From the NCBI GenBank assembly GCA_002633005.1, contig NMRA01000124.1, forward strand, positions 324,724-388,723: a stretch of DNA of 64,000 bases, written 5' to 3'. Made by a program: the position numbers and the translations under genes. The stretch is from Phoronis australis (taxonomy: Eukaryota; Animalia; Phoronida). Each line of letters begins with the position of its first letter. Position 1 is the first letter of the stretch. This document shows positions 63,338 through 64,000 of the stretch, one piece after another. Below the pieces are notes generated by a model. That model saw only the letters and a list, made by a program, of their open reading frames with translations. It had not been told where the DNA came from and searched no databases.

Positions 63338-63528
63338 TGACTTGACTTATTTGACTAAAACCATTGCCACCCCGTGGTTGATAGGGCCTCTGTGACCGAG
63401 CGCCATCGAATCCTGTTGTTCGCCATTTGTCTTATCTGCTGCAGTTGCCCCCGGTTTCACGAAGTTCTGCTTCCATTGTCCTCCTCTAGGTTTGGATTGG
63501 TCTGCCTCACTGGTCGACGACCCCTCCC
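63338..63528 (-). mobile_element. 5'-truncated, degenerate RTE-like LINE 3' end
   Basis: Frameshifted GRRPV-GRPIQT*RRTMEAEL...QMANNRIRWRSVTEAL, then a short aagtc-repeat tail. Confidence 0.65.
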
Positions 63529-64000
63529 TGAAATAAGGGATAGCACAATTAAGATCTTTAAAAATATTTTATTAACAAAAATGAGATAACAACAGGTTCT
63601 CATTATTTCCTACGTCGCCATCACTGAACTTATGGGTTCTCAAAGCTCGTGACTAACTGACTCAACAACAAGACCACACACTGGCAAATGTAACATATTG
63701 ATGTGACTATGAGCTAGGATATACTGTGTGGACTTTTCAAATAACGTTTCCATGTATTTCCGCAATTTATCTGAACCAACGTCTCAGTTTAGTGTCACGT
63801 CAAAGCTAGGAAGACAAAAGTCACACTAAAACTTACTAAGAACCAGTGGCGGATCTAGGATACCATAAGGGGGGAGGCAACATGTTGCATCGAAGAATTG
63901 GGCAAAGCGCGATTGCATGTACATGTATTGTCTGTACACAGGAGGCCCGAAAGTCGCGGGAGCTGGGGATGTGGACCTGCTGCTCAGAAAATTTATCGGC

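Noticed and set aside
63300-63528. Possible upstream CCDC28 coding exon
   Set aside because: Has an AG acceptor, but the content is a frameshifted RTE-like LINE end, and the CCDC28 ATG at 59515 has an in-frame stop upstream; could still be UTR

Overview
Eukaryotic (metazoan, probably marine invertebrate; taxon is an inference) genomic DNA with spliceosomal introns, two N-gaps (33719-33893, 54000-54797) and two single-N contig joins (13707, 57109). Four genes were reconstructed by hand: a single-coding-exon C2H2 zinc-finger gene (-), ribosomal protein RPL24/eL24 (5 exons, -), CEP97 head-to-head with RPL24 (22-24 exons, +), and CCDC28 (-). Points of note: (1) this CEP97 is predicted at about 1,800 aa, with a C-terminal extension containing a fibronectin type III domain, five copies of an unexplained VPxxKKWS motif and four SxIP-type motifs; (2) CEP97 and CCDC28 each contain a U12-type minor intron; (3) the ZnF-RPL24-CEP97 order resembles the human ZBTB11-RPL24-CEP97 neighbourhood; (4) a Helentron-like non-autonomous element carries repeated CTCF-consensus motifs; (5) nested DNA transposons fill RPL24 intron 2; (6) two duplications at N joins are probably uncollapsed haplotypes that reveal TE and VNTR polymorphism. 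All exon calls come from manual reading of splice signals, reading phase and remembered protein similarity; no searches were run.
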